Source of the DNA: Cylindrospermopsis raciborskii Cr2010 | Lineage (GTDB): Bacteria; Cyanobacteriota; Cyanobacteriia; Cyanobacteriales; Nostocaceae | Direction: 5' to 3' | Assembly: GCF_003367075.2 (NCBI RefSeq) | Contig: NZ_CP065936.1 | Location: 3,390,001-3,422,000 of the forward strand | Length of the DNA: 32,000 nt | Part shown: in pieces, positions 1-10,409 of the stretch | Position numbering within the stretch: the stretch's first letter is position 1 | How the letters are laid out: every line of letters begins with the position of its first letter | The notes under the pieces: generated by a model | Databases searched by the model: none | What the model saw: the letters and a program-made list of their open reading frames with translations, nothing else | Told to the model about the DNA's origin: nothing | Made by a program: the position numbers and the translations under genes

Positions 1-242
1 TCGATTTCCTGATTAATCATTCCCAGTTCCAGTTCTTTGGTAAATAAACCCTTATCACCAATTTTGGCCAATGCTACATCCAGGATCTTATCCCCCTGGG
101 TGGACATGGTATGAACTTGAAAATCAATATCCGGATAGCTTTTCTGTAGTTGCTCTTGCACCCAATAGGTTTGCACTAGAGCAAGTTCACTTTTGCGAGA
201 ACCAATACGAATGATGCGTGAAGGGCTAGAAACTGAGGTCAT
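1..242 (-). CDS. hemC: Porphobilinogen deaminase (hydroxymethylbilane synthase), N-terminal 80 codons; the gene runs off the left edge
   Basis: Own minus-strand translation from the ATG at 242-240: [80 protein letters not shown]. The RIGSRKSxLAxxQ and [11 protein letters not shown] motifs are typical of the HemC N-terminus. Absent from the ORF track because it is edge-truncated. Confidence 0.85.
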   Translation of the reverse strand, partial: MTSVSSPSRIIRIGSRKSELALVQTYWVQEQLQKSYPDIDFQVHTMSTQGDKILDVALAKIGDKGLFTKELELGMINQEI

Positions 243-350
243 AAAAATAATTTGTCAAACCAGGTGATAAATTCACATTTATCTAGACTACCTCAGTAAG
301 TGACCCACCGGACACAATTCTCATGTTGACATCCTTTACGGTTTTCTATA

Positions 351-1379
<1,029 letters not shown>

Positions 1380-1454
1380 GTACACCCAGAGGCTAAAACT
1401 AGAATTGCTTTTGCTCATTTTGGTGTTACACTATTTACATCCAATTTATAAACT

Positions 1455-2477
1455 ATGCAAAATATCCCGCTTACATCAAAGAACGTAGACGTAGAAATTC
1501 CTAAATTAGGAATGCCAGTCAGCATCATAACTGGTTTTTTAGGTAGTGGTAAAACCACATTGTTAAATCAAATTCTGCAAAACAAGCAAGATTTAAAAAT
1601 AGCGGTTTTGGTAAATGAATTTGGGGATATTGACATTGACAGTCAATTACTGGTGACTGTGGAACAAGACATGCTAGAGCTGACGAACGGTTGTATATGC
1701 TGTACCATCAATGATGGTTTAGTGGATGCGGTGTATAGAATATTGGAGCGAGAGCAGCTGGTTGATTATTTAGTCATTGAAACCACAGGAGTAGCGGATC
1801 CCCTACCAATCATCTTAACTTTTTTAGGCACAGAGCTCAGAGACTTAACCAATTTGGACTCGATTATCACAGTTGTGGATGCTGAAACATTTGATGAAAA
1901 CCACTTTAATAGTGAAGCAGCTTTGCAGCAGATCACTTACGGTGATTTTATTCTATTAAACAAGATAGATCTTGTGAACGTAAGCAAATTGGAAGAAATC
2001 AAAGATTTCATCTCCAAGGTAAAACAGGGATCCAGAATTTTGCCGACTCAACAATGTCAGGTTCCTCTGGAATTACTTTTAGGGGTAAATCTTATGCCCA
2101 GGGATAAATACATATCTGACAACTATCAAAATAGTCGTGAACACAAGCATCATCATCATGATCACGAGCATCATAGTCATTCCCATCATTTAGAAAATGA
2201 TGGTTTTGTATCTATAGCCTTTAGATCAGATAAGCCATTTGATGTGAATAGATTTGAGGACTTTTTAGCTGAAGCGATGCCACAAGACGTTTTTAGAGCT
2301 AAGGGGATATTATGGTTTAGTGACAGTGATATGCGACATATTTTCCAACTCAGTGGACCTCGATATACCCTGAATGCGGATGACTGGAGAACACCACCCA
2401 AAAATGAATTAGTTTTCATCGGGAGGAAATTAGATCAAAGGGAAATTGTTACAAAACTCAGTCATTGCTTGTTATGA
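1455..2477 (+). CDS. COG0523/G3E-family metallochaperone GTPase (CobW/ZigA/YeiR-like) with a His-rich tract
   Basis: P-loop GFLGSGKTT, CxCC metal motif GCICCT, ETTG and NKIDL GTPase motifs, His-rich linker EHKHHHHDHEHHSHSHH, and a CobW C-terminal-like domain. Confidence 0.88.
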   Translation: MQNIPLTSKNVDVEIPKLGMPVSIITGFLGSGKTTLLNQILQNKQDLKIAVLVNEFGDIDIDSQLLVTVEQDMLELTNGCICCTINDGLVDAVYRILEREQLVDYLVIETTGVADPLPIILTFLGTELRDLTNLDSIITVVDAETFDENHFNSEAALQQITYGDFILLNKIDLVNVSKLEEIKDFISKVKQGSRILPTQQCQVPLELLLGVNLMPRDKYISDNYQNSREHKHHHHDHEHHSHSHHLENDGFVSIAFRSDKPFDVNRFEDFLAEAMPQDVFRAKGILWFSDSDMRHIFQLSGPRYTLNADDWRTPPKNELVFIGRKLDQREIVTKLSHCLL

Positions 2478-2578
2478 TAGGACATGGAAATAGATCTACT
2501 TCACATCGAAAATTGCCCGTGAGAAATTTATGAATTTGATCCAACATCATGGAAGTTTTGATCCGCTTTAAACTCCTC

Positions 2579-2606
2579 TAAACGCCATTTTTAAAAATGG
2601 CGTTTA
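2579..2606. terminator. Perfect 28-nt palindrome between convergent genes (candidate bidirectional terminator)
   Basis: TAAACGCCATTTTT|AAAAATGGCGTTTA. All 14 pairs are complementary with a GC core (CGCC/GGCG). It sits between the 3' ends of the COG0523 gene (+) and purE (-). Confidence 0.5.
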
Positions 2607-2635
2607 AAGCATTTGAGAATTGAGTATATTGGATA

Positions 2636-3121
2636 TTATGAGTTTAATCTATTTTGTTTCTCCATAACCATATCCGATAAAGACTGACGATAAGCTTGAA
2701 CCTTAACTAACAACTCTGGTTTATAAGTAGCGAGAATCTGCACTGCCAAAAGGCCAGCATTCTTGGCACCACCTATAGCTACCGTGGCTACAGGTATGCC
2801 CGCTGGCATTTGCACTATAGAGTATAAAGAATCTACTCCCTGCAAATTACGCGTAGGCACAGGAACCCCAATTACTGGTATTGGAGTTAAAGATGCTACC
2901 ATGCCTGGCAAATGTGCCGCACCACCAGCTCCGGCAATAATTACCTTTAATCCCCTGATATGAGCTGTTTCAGCATATTCCACCATACGCCGAGGAGTGC
3001 GATGGGCAGAAACAATAGCTACCTCGTAGCTAACGGAAAATTCCTCACAAATGGCGATTGCCTCTTTCATGGTAGGGAGATCAGAATCACTACCCATGAT
3101 AATGCCAACTTCAAGACTCAT
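2636..3121 (-). CDS. purE: N5-carboxyaminoimidazole ribonucleotide mutase
   Basis: 161 aa. The motifs [19 protein letters not shown] and [13 protein letters not shown] are canonical for PurE. Confidence 0.93.
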   Translation of the reverse strand: MSLEVGIIMGSDSDLPTMKEAIAICEEFSVSYEVAIVSAHRTPRRMVEYAETAHIRGLKVIIAGAGGAAHLPGMVASLTPIPVIGVPVPTRNLQGVDSLYSIVQMPAGIPVATVAIGGAKNAGLLAVQILATYKPELLVKVQAYRQSLSDMVMEKQNRLNS

Positions 3122-3227
3122 AATAACTAAAAATTAATGACTGAAAATTTAGGTTAGAAACTGGGACTTAGGGGAGTAATTGTCAAGATTTCCATCTAAA
3201 ATGAGATAGTAGATTTATCTGGACAGG

Positions 3228-4409
3228 GTGATGACCACAACAACAGCAGAGCGGATAATTTGCAACACCGATATTATCAATGCAAAAGTACCCGGTTATC
3301 AAGGTTTACAGATGATCTGGGTGAACGAGCGGGGGAACATCGAAGAAATCTTACCCATGACCCAGCTGTGTCAAAGACAAACCAGGGATAACTTGCGGGT
3401 TCTGGATTTAGCAGGTGATTGGGTCTCATTGGGTGGTGTGGATCTGCAAATCAATGGGGGTTTGGGTTTAGCATTCCCCGACTTGACAGATAGAAACATC
3501 CACAGACTGGAAGAAATATCAAATTTTTTGTGGGAACAGGGGGTGGATGCTTATTTACCCACTTTAGTGACAACCTCCATAGAAAATATACATCGTTCCC
3601 TAGACCTCATAGCCAATTATGAGCAAAAATCCGGGGCAAAAATTCTAGGAGTCCATTTAGAAGGTCCCTTTTTAAATTATGGTAAACGGGGCGCACATCC
3701 AGCAGAATATTTACTCCCCTTAACCATGAATGAGGTTAATCGGGTATTAGGGGATTATGCTTCCCTGGTGAAGGTCATCACCCTAGCTCCTGAATTAGAT
3801 CCCACTGGGGAAGTCATACCCTATCTGAGATCTTTAGGAATAACGGTGAGTTTAGGACATTCTCTAGCTACAGCAGCACAAGCAGATGAAGCTTTTAGAT
3901 CGGGTGCTACTATGGTGACCCATGCGTTTAATGCCATGCCACCTCTACACCACCGAGAACCAGGTCTATTAGGTGCTGCTATAAATCATCCCCATGTGAT
4001 GAGTAGCTTTATCGCCGATGGACAACACATTGTGCCGCCCATGTTAGAAATTTTATTACGTGCTAGCAAAGGACTATTTCTAGTCAGTGATGCTTTAGCA
4101 CCACTAGGACTACCAGATGGAGAATATCCCTGGGATAGTCGAAAAATTACAGTAAAAAATGGTACAGCTAGATTAGCAGATGGAACCTTATCGGGAACCA
4201 CATTTTCCTTACTAAAAGGAGTACAAAAGCTAGTGCAGTGGCAAATTTGCGACACTGAAACTGGAATCTTTTTAGCTACGGATGGGCCCAGAAAGGCAAT
4301 TAATCTACCCACCATTGGTGCGGGTGTACAGGCCAATTTACTCCGTTGGTTTGAGGATCAAAATACAGGAGAATTGACTTGGAAAAGAATAGAACTTGCT
4401 AGGACATGA
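3228..4409 (+). CDS. nagA: N-acetylglucosamine-6-phosphate deacetylase
   Basis: 393 aa. The motifs GGVDLQINGG, GVHLEGPFLN, ITLAPEL, SLGHS, THAFNAM and FIADGQH match the amidohydrolase NagA signature. Confidence 0.85.
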   Translation: MMTTTTAERIICNTDIINAKVPGYQGLQMIWVNERGNIEEILPMTQLCQRQTRDNLRVLDLAGDWVSLGGVDLQINGGLGLAFPDLTDRNIHRLEEISNFLWEQGVDAYLPTLVTTSIENIHRSLDLIANYEQKSGAKILGVHLEGPFLNYGKRGAHPAEYLLPLTMNEVNRVLGDYASLVKVITLAPELDPTGEVIPYLRSLGITVSLGHSLATAAQADEAFRSGATMVTHAFNAMPPLHHREPGLLGAAINHPHVMSSFIADGQHIVPPMLEILLRASKGLFLVSDALAPLGLPDGEYPWDSRKITVKNGTARLADGTLSGTTFSLLKGVQKLVQWQICDTETGIFLATDGPRKAINLPTIGAGVQANLLRWFEDQNTGELTWKRIELART

Positions 4410-5959
4410 CTATAACAGAAAAAATTCTCTCCCAACTGCCAGGAAACATATTAGAGAACCTACGGCGCAGCGATAAAACTTTAACATCCCTAAAAACCGA
4501 TAACCAAACCTTTACGGAAGTAGTGAAACAGGAATCAACCCCATTAGAATCTATAGATTGGGATGTGATAATTTGTGGTGGGACATTAGGAATTTTAATT
4601 GGTAGTGCCCTAGCAGTGCGGGGAGTGCGAGTAGCATTATTGGAAAAAGGGGTTTTACAGGGAAGAGAACAAGAATGGAATATTTCTCGTCAGGAATTGT
4701 CAGTATTGATAAAATTAGACCTATTGACACAGGAGGAGTTAGCAACAACTATTGTTACCACCTATAACCCAGCGCGGGTAGGTTTTGCCAGTGGTGGGGA
4801 ACTGTGGGTAGAGGATGTACTCAATATTGGGGTAGATCCGATTTGCCTACTCAAAACTCTCAAGAACCGGTTTCTGCTTGCAGGAGGAACATTACTAGAG
4901 AACACCCCATTTAACAACGCGGTGGTCCATTCCAATGGCGTAATGGTGAATAACCAATTTTCAGGTAGATTACTACTAGACGCTATGGGACACCTTTCAC
5001 CCATTAGTAAACAAGCACGCGGGGGTAAAAAACCAGATGCAATATGTTTAGTAGTGGGAAGTTGTGCAGAAGGATTTACCAGCAATGACTCAGGGGATTT
5101 ATTGCTATCCTTTACTACCCTACAAAATCAGTGTCAATACTTTTGGGAAGCCTTCCCCGCACGGGATGGTAGAACCACTTATTTATTTACCTATATTGAC
5201 CCAGCATCCCAGCGGTTAAGCCTAGAAGAACTAATTGGTGAATATTTTCGCTTACTACCAGAATATCAAAAAGTAGAAATTGATAAATTAACTTTTAAAA
5301 GGGTGTTATTTGGTTTTTTTCCTAGTTACCGTCAAAGTCCCTTGCAAACACCTTGGAATTACATTTTACCCGTGGGAGATAGTAGTGGTAATCAGTCACC
5401 CCTAAGTTTTGGTGGATTTGGTGCCATGATTCGTCATTTAGAGCGATTAACCATGGGGATTGAGGAAGCATTACAAACTAATGAATTATGGGCTTCCTCC
5501 TTAAAATTACTACAGCCCTACCAACCTAGTTTAAGTGTGACCTGGTTGTTTCAAAAAGCCATGAGTGTAAGAATAAATCAGCAAATCCCACCGGATCAAA
5601 TTAACCAACTACTGTCCGTAGTATTTACGGAAATGGCAAAATTAGGCACTCGGGTTTTAAAACCTTTTTTACAAGATATAGTGCAATTTTCAGCCTTGAG
5701 TCAAACCTTGTGGAGAACGGGTATAAACCATCCCTTATTAATAGCTAAGATTATTCCCCAAGTTGGTCTTTTCAGTTTGATAGATTGGATAGGTCACTAT
5801 ATAAACCTGCTGATTTTTACCCTTTTATTTTCTTTCAGCTCCATACCAGCACTAGGCAAAATAATTAATAACCTACCAAAAAGTCAACAATATTACATTC
5901 ATCGGTGGATAGATGGTTGGAAATTTGGTTCCGGTAGAGATTACCACCTAAATCCATAG
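4406..5959 (+). CDS. FAD-dependent oxidoreductase, CruA/CruP lycopene-cyclase-like family
   Basis: 517 aa. N-terminal Rossmann motif DVIICGGTLGILIGSALA...LLEKG and an internal GDSSGNQSPLSFGGFGAMIRHL motif, which I recall from CruA/CruP-type proteins. The hydrophobic C-terminus suggests membrane association. ATGA start/stop overlap with nagA. Confidence 0.6.
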   Translation: MTITEKILSQLPGNILENLRRSDKTLTSLKTDNQTFTEVVKQESTPLESIDWDVIICGGTLGILIGSALAVRGVRVALLEKGVLQGREQEWNISRQELSVLIKLDLLTQEELATTIVTTYNPARVGFASGGELWVEDVLNIGVDPICLLKTLKNRFLLAGGTLLENTPFNNAVVHSNGVMVNNQFSGRLLLDAMGHLSPISKQARGGKKPDAICLVVGSCAEGFTSNDSGDLLLSFTTLQNQCQYFWEAFPARDGRTTYLFTYIDPASQRLSLEELIGEYFRLLPEYQKVEIDKLTFKRVLFGFFPSYRQSPLQTPWNYILPVGDSSGNQSPLSFGGFGAMIRHLERLTMGIEEALQTNELWASSLKLLQPYQPSLSVTWLFQKAMSVRINQQIPPDQINQLLSVVFTEMAKLGTRVLKPFLQDIVQFSALSQTLWRTGINHPLLIAKIIPQVGLFSLIDWIGHYINLLIFTLLFSFSSIPALGKIINNLPKSQQYYIHRWIDGWKFGSGRDYHLNP

Positions 5960-6003
5960 AATCTGTGGATAATGTAAAAATAAATGTAAAGTGCTAAAGG
6001 AAA

Positions 6004-7233
6004 ATGATTTTGATTCAAAGCATAGAGATTGATTGGATATTAGTAAACACCGGTTTACAGTTTATCACCTGGGGGGTTTTCTCCCTATTACTAGCTGAAA
6101 TTCTCCGGGATATTTATCATGCTTTGTGTCATCAAGTCACCTGGTTGTCAAAATGGCATAATAAGCACCACGCAGCATATCGTCGAGACCTGACCATTGC
6201 TTCTCAAAAAGCCTACATAGACTCCCAATTATATCATGACATTGTGGAATCTGTCATCCTGGTAGTTTTATTAATCTTTGTTACTCTCTTGACAAAACAG
6301 TGGGGTTTGTGGTTAGGGGTAGCCTATTCCATCACCTTTTTATACGGTGCATCTTTGCGCTACTTTCAAGGCACAATAGACACAGATTATAATCATTTAC
6401 CCGGACCATTAGCAACAATTCCTTCCGTTTGGTTTGTGAATAGAACCTATCATTGGCGACACCATTTTGATGATGTCAACGCCTATTATAGTGGAGTATT
6501 TTCCCTAGTAGATAAAGTGTTGGGAACGGGACTTTCTCTTAAAGGTAAAACCATTGCTATTACCGGAGCTTCCGGAAGTTTAGGAAAAGCACTAACCACC
6601 CAATTAACTAAACAAAATGCCAAAGTTGTAGCCTTAACAACTAACCCAGAAAATATCCCAAACCACTCTGGAATCAAAGTCATCCCCTGGCAATTGGGCA
6701 ACGAAATAGAACTAAAAGCCAACTTAGAAAAAGTTGACATTTTAATTATCAACCATGGCATTAATGTTTATGGCGATCGCACTTCAGCTGCTATGAATAA
6801 TTCCTATGAAATTAACACATTTTCCGCACTGCGGTTAATAGACATATTTTCGGAGACTGTTACTGGACCCCATGCTAAAGCAACCAAGGAAATTTGGGTG
6901 AACACCTCGGAAGCTGAAGTTTCACCTGCATTAAGTCCTCTTTATGAACTGAGTAAGAGAGCATTAGGAGATTTAGTCACCCTAAAACGCCTAAATGGAG
7001 TCTGTGTAATTAGGAAACTAATACTAGGTCCGTTTAAAAGTCAACTTAATCCCTATGGGGTCATGTCATCAACCCAAGTAGCAAAGGGAATCGTGTTTTT
7101 AGCTCAACGGGACTTTAGAAACATTATTGTTACAGTCAACCCCCTAACCTACCTACTGTTCCCCATCAAAGAGTTTACCACATGGTTATATTATAGAATT
7201 TTCACAAACAGCTATAGTTTAAGGCGATTGTAA
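6004..7233 (+). CDS. Bifunctional fatty-acid hydroxylase/sterol desaturase-like membrane domain fused to a short-chain dehydrogenase (SDR)
   Basis: 409 aa. The N-terminal half has His boxes (HALCH, HNKHH, HWRHH) in hydrophobic segments. The C-terminal half has the SDR motif ITGASGSLGKA and NHGIN. Confidence 0.8.
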   Translation: MILIQSIEIDWILVNTGLQFITWGVFSLLLAEILRDIYHALCHQVTWLSKWHNKHHAAYRRDLTIASQKAYIDSQLYHDIVESVILVVLLIFVTLLTKQWGLWLGVAYSITFLYGASLRYFQGTIDTDYNHLPGPLATIPSVWFVNRTYHWRHHFDDVNAYYSGVFSLVDKVLGTGLSLKGKTIAITGASGSLGKALTTQLTKQNAKVVALTTNPENIPNHSGIKVIPWQLGNEIELKANLEKVDILIINHGINVYGDRTSAAMNNSYEINTFSALRLIDIFSETVTGPHAKATKEIWVNTSEAEVSPALSPLYELSKRALGDLVTLKRLNGVCVIRKLILGPFKSQLNPYGVMSSTQVAKGIVFLAQRDFRNIIVTVNPLTYLLFPIKEFTTWLYYRIFTNSYSLRRL

Positions 7234-7757
7234 AGCACTCCTGATGGTTATGGAATTACCCGTTATTGTTTGAGTCAACCCACGCGACTGTCTGTGGGGG
7301 AGACCGGGAATCAATTCCGGGTCTCAAAGCTCAAATCGGTTTAAAACCGACTAGTTTTGTCGTGGGTATCGTAGGTTGGGTTGAGGAACGAAACCCAACA
7401 AACCAACGGGACATATATAAATGCGATTGCATTGCACTCCCTACAGGAGCTCGCGAAAGACTAGCAACCTGGAGACTGTGTGTGGGGGAGACCGGGGAAT
7501 CAATTCCGGGTCTCAAAGCGAAAGTCGGTTTAAAACCGACTGGTTTTGTCGTGGGTAATCGTAGGTTGGGTTGAGGAACGAAACCCAACAAACCAACCGG
7601 ATATATATAAATGCGATTGCAAAACACTCCATACAGGAAATCGCCAATTACCCGTTATTGTTTAAATTAATCCATACCTGGAGACTGTCTGTTGGGGAGA
7701 CCGGGAATCAATTCTGGGTCTCAAAGCGAAAGTCGGTTTAAAACCGACTAGTTTTGT
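7224..7757 (+). repeat. Composite structured repeat block A: about 2.7 units of a roughly 190-nt unit made of hairpin modules M1-M2-M3
   Basis: M1 is gcgattgcgaagcactccctacgggagctcgc...ctggagactgtctgt. M2 is ggggagaccgggaatcaattccgggtctcaaagcgaaagtcggtttaaaaccgactagttttgt. M3 is cgtgggtatcgtaggttgggttgaggaacgaaacccaacaaaccaacgggacatatataaat. Each module contains an inverted repeat. The block starts inside the last codons of the upstream CDS. Confidence 0.85.
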
Positions 7758-7855
7758 GATATTGTAAGTTGAGTTCAATAACTCAACATCCCTAAACAAA
7801 CTATGTTATATTAAATTAAACCGATTAAGTCAGTACCAAAGTGGGAGGTATAGAC

Positions 7856-8827
7856 ATGGTGAGGCAAATTCCATCAAAAACTCAACTGGGGGTGATAGAA
7901 TCTAACATTAGTCATGGTGTGGAGACGCCTAAAATTGTCTACCCAGAAAGTGATAATAAACCTATGGCGGATAACACTAGACAATTTACATGGATTGTCA
8001 AAATTAAGGAAAATTTAGAAATACTATTTAAGTCCAATGCAGATGTGTTTGTGGCTGGGGACTTATTTTGGTATCCAGTGGAGGGTAGTAACAAAATTAA
8101 ACTAGCCCCTGACACCATGGTAGTGTTTGGGAGACCCAAGGGGCACCGGGGGTCTTATCGACAGTGGGAGGAGGATAATATTCCTCCCCAGGTGGTGTTT
8201 GAAATTTTATCTCCTAGTAATAATAATACTGAGATGGATAGAAAAAAGCTCTTTTATCTGGAACATGGAGTAGAAGAGTATTATGTGTATGACCCAGATA
8301 GGATTAGTCTAGAAGTATCTATTAGAGAAAATAATTCATTTAAAGAGATTAAGGATTTTAGTGTTTGGACTAGTCCAAGATTGGATGTACGGTTTGATAT
8401 GACGGGAGATGAATTAGTCATCTATTATCCAGACGGTGGTAGGTTTCTTAGTCCTGTAGAGTTGAGTAATTATGCAGAACAAGAAACCCAACGTGCAGAA
8501 CGTGAAAGACTTCTCAAAGAGCAGGAAACTCAACGTGCAGAACGTGAAAGACTTCTCAAAGAACAAGAAACCCAACGTGCAGAACGTGAAAGACTTCTCA
8601 AAGAGCAGGAAACTCAGCGTGCAGAACGTGAAAGACTTCTCAAAGAGCAGGAAACTCAACGTACAGAACGTGAAAAACTTCTCAAAGAGCAGGAAACTCA
8701 ACGTGCAGAACGTGAAAAATTGCTTAAAGAACAAGAAAGATTTCTCAAAGAGCAGGAACAAATAAAGTATCAAACCTTGCTATCACAATTAAAAGCTAAG
8801 GGTATTGATATTACTGCACTCGAATAA
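7856..8827 (+). CDS. Uma2-family (DUF820) PD-(D/E)xK endonuclease with a C-terminal repeat/coiled-coil tail, copy 1
   Basis: Core sequence YPESDNKPMADNTRQF...VFVAGDLFWYP...LAPDTMVVFG...PPQVVFEILSPSN...EEYYVYDP is typical of Uma2. Start set at ATG 7856, which is 7 nt after a GGAGG and equivalent to the ATG of copy 2 (where the upstream GTG is replaced by a stop). The tail has 6 x ETQRAERE(R/K)LLKEQ plus ERFLKEQ. Confidence 0.85.
   Translation: MVRQIPSKTQLGVIESNISHGVETPKIVYPESDNKPMADNTRQFTWIVKIKENLEILFKSNADVFVAGDLFWYPVEGSNKIKLAPDTMVVFGRPKGHRGSYRQWEEDNIPPQVVFEILSPSNNNTEMDRKKLFYLEHGVEEYYVYDPDRISLEVSIRENNSFKEIKDFSVWTSPRLDVRFDMTGDELVIYYPDGGRFLSPVELSNYAEQETQRAERERLLKEQETQRAERERLLKEQETQRAERERLLKEQETQRAERERLLKEQETQRTEREKLLKEQETQRAEREKLLKEQERFLKEQEQIKYQTLLSQLKAKGIDITALE
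8483..8755 (+). repeat. In-frame 42-nt tandem repeat tract in copy 1 (6.5 units)
   Basis: gaaac(c/t)ca(a/g)cgtgcagaacgtgaaagacttctcaaaga(g/a)ca(g/a) repeated head to tail, encoding ETQRAERERLLKEQ. Confidence 0.95.
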
Positions 8828-8892
8828 ACTATTACCTGTACCAGAATAACCTGGGAGGTTTTTAAAAACTGGATTTTATAATAAAGAGAAGA

Positions 8893-9211
8893 GCGATTGC
8901 GAAGCACTCCCTACGGGAGCTCGCAAAGGACTAGCAACCTGGAGACTGTCTGTTGGGGTGGGGGAACCGGGAATCAATTCTGGGTCTCAAAGCTCAAATC
9001 GGTTTAAAACCGACTAATTTTGTCGTGGGTATCGTAGGTTGGGTTGAGGAACGAAACCCAACAAACCAACGGGACATATATAAATGCGATTGCGAAGCAC
9101 TCCCTACGGGAGCTCGCAAAGGACTAGCAACCTGGAGACTGTCTGTTGGGGAAACCGGGAATCAATTCTGGGTCTCAAAGCGAAAGTCGGTTTAAAACCG
9201 ACTAGTTTTGT
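8893..9211 (+). repeat. Composite structured repeat block B (M1-M2-M3-M1-M2)
   Basis: Same modules as block A with a few substitutions, ending at the same gttttgtgatattgtaag junction upstream of copy 2. Confidence 0.85.
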
Positions 9212-9309
9212 GATATTGTAAGTTGAGTTCAATAACTCAACATCCCTAAACAAACTATGTTATATTAAATTAAACCGATTAAGTCAGTACCAAAGTAGGA
9301 GGTATAGAC

Positions 9310-10344
9310 ATGGTGAGGCAAATTGCACCAAAAACTCAACTGGGGGTGATAGAATCTAACATTAGTCAGGGTGTGGAGACGCCTAAAATTGTCTACCCAG
9401 AAAGTGATAATAAACCTATGGCGGATAACACTAGACAATTTACATGGATTGTCAAAATTAAGGAAAATTTAGAAATACTATTTAAGTCCAATGCAGATGT
9501 GTTTGTGGCTGGGGACTTATTTTGGTATCCAGTGGAGGGTAGTAACAAAATTAAACTAGCCCCTGACACCATGGTAGTGTTTGGGAGACCCAAGGGGCAC
9601 CGGGGGTCTTATCGACAGTGGGAAGAGGATAATATTCCTCCCCAGGTGGTTTTTGAAATTTTATCTCCCGGGAATACTCAAGATGAAATGGACAAAAAAA
9701 AGCTGTTTTATCTGAAACATGGAGTAGAAGAGTATTATGTGTATGACCCAGATAGGATTAGTCTAGAAGTATCTATTAGAGAAAATAATTCATTTAAAGA
9801 GATTAAGGATTTTAGTGTTTGGACTAGTCCAAGATTGGATGTACGGTTTGATATGACGGGAGATGAATTAGTCATCTATTATCCAGACGGTGGTAGGTTT
9901 CTTAGTCCTGTAGAGTTGAGTAATTATGCAGAACAAGAAACCCAACGTGCAGAACGTGAAAGACTTCTCAAAGAGCAGGAAACTCAGCGTGCAGAACGTG
10001 AAAGACTTCTCAAAGAGCAGGAAACTCAGCGTGCAGAACGTGAAAGACTTCTCAAAGAGCAGGAAACTCAGCGTGCAGAACGTGAAAGACTTCTCAAAGA
10101 GCAGGAAACTCAACGTACAGAACGTGAAAGACTTCTCAAAGAGCAGGAAACTCAACGTGCAGAACGTGAAAAATTGCTTAAAGAACAAGAAAGATTTCTC
10201 AAAGAGCAGGAAACTCAACGTGCAGAACGTGAAAAATTGCTTAAAGAACAAGAAAGATTTCTCAAAGAGCAGGAACAAATAAAGTATCAAACCTTGCTAT
10301 CACAATTAAAAGCTAAGGGTATTGATATTACTGCACTCGAATAA
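9310..10344 (+). CDS. Uma2-family endonuclease with C-terminal repeat tail, copy 2
   Basis: 344 aa. The N-terminal about 205 aa are nearly identical to copy 1, with differences clustered at SPGNTQDEMDKKK versus SPSNNNTEMDRKK. The tail has 5 x 14-aa units and 2 x 21-aa units. Offset from copy 1 is exactly 1454 nt. Confidence 0.88.
   Translation: MVRQIAPKTQLGVIESNISQGVETPKIVYPESDNKPMADNTRQFTWIVKIKENLEILFKSNADVFVAGDLFWYPVEGSNKIKLAPDTMVVFGRPKGHRGSYRQWEEDNIPPQVVFEILSPGNTQDEMDKKKLFYLKHGVEEYYVYDPDRISLEVSIRENNSFKEIKDFSVWTSPRLDVRFDMTGDELVIYYPDGGRFLSPVELSNYAEQETQRAERERLLKEQETQRAERERLLKEQETQRAERERLLKEQETQRAERERLLKEQETQRTERERLLKEQETQRAEREKLLKEQERFLKEQETQRAEREKLLKEQERFLKEQEQIKYQTLLSQLKAKGIDITALE
9937..10272 (+). 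repeat. In-frame 42/63-nt tandem repeat tract in copy 2
   Basis: Five 42-nt units followed by two 63-nt units (ETQRAEREKLLKEQERFLKEQ). Confidence 0.95.
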
Positions 10345-10409
10345 ACTATTACCTGTACCAGAATAACCTGGGAGGTTTTTAAAAACTGGATTTTATAATA
10401 AAGAGAAGA

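Noticed and set aside
1455-2477. Calling the COG0523 gene cobW (cobalamin biosynthesis).
   Set aside because: There is no cobalamin-pathway context. The His-rich tract and the Fur-family box upstream of the operon fit the Zn-homeostasis subgroup better, so I left the gene symbol blank.
7266-7627. ORFs through the intergenic hairpin repeats: 7266-7574(+), 7331-7627(-), 8953-9195(+), 10393-10623(-), 11192-11383(-), 11307-11495(+).
   Set aside because: They track the repeat modules on both strands, differ by frameshifts between repeat copies, and encode the read-through peptides typical of palindromic repeats (VGWVEERNPTNQ / LGFVPQPNL). They are not credible genes.
7841-7855. GTG starts at 7841 and 11577 for Uma2 copies 1 and 3 (MGGID extension).
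   Set aside because: The GGAGG Shine-Dalgarno lies inside this extension, 7 nt before the ATG. In copy 2 the equivalent position is a stop (gtagga), yet the gene is otherwise intact.
8414-8773. Long ORFs in alternative frames and on the reverse strand across the 42/63-nt repeat tracts: 8414-8773(-), 8472-8765(+), 9868-10290(-), 9926-10282(+), 10744-11103(-), 10802-11095(+), 12150-12425(-), 12208-12417(+).
   Set aside because: They exist only because the repeat unit lacks stops in those frames. Their products are low-complexity (FLLFEKSF..., NVQNVKDFSKSRKL...). They lie entirely inside the well-supported Uma2 frame and have no start context of their own.
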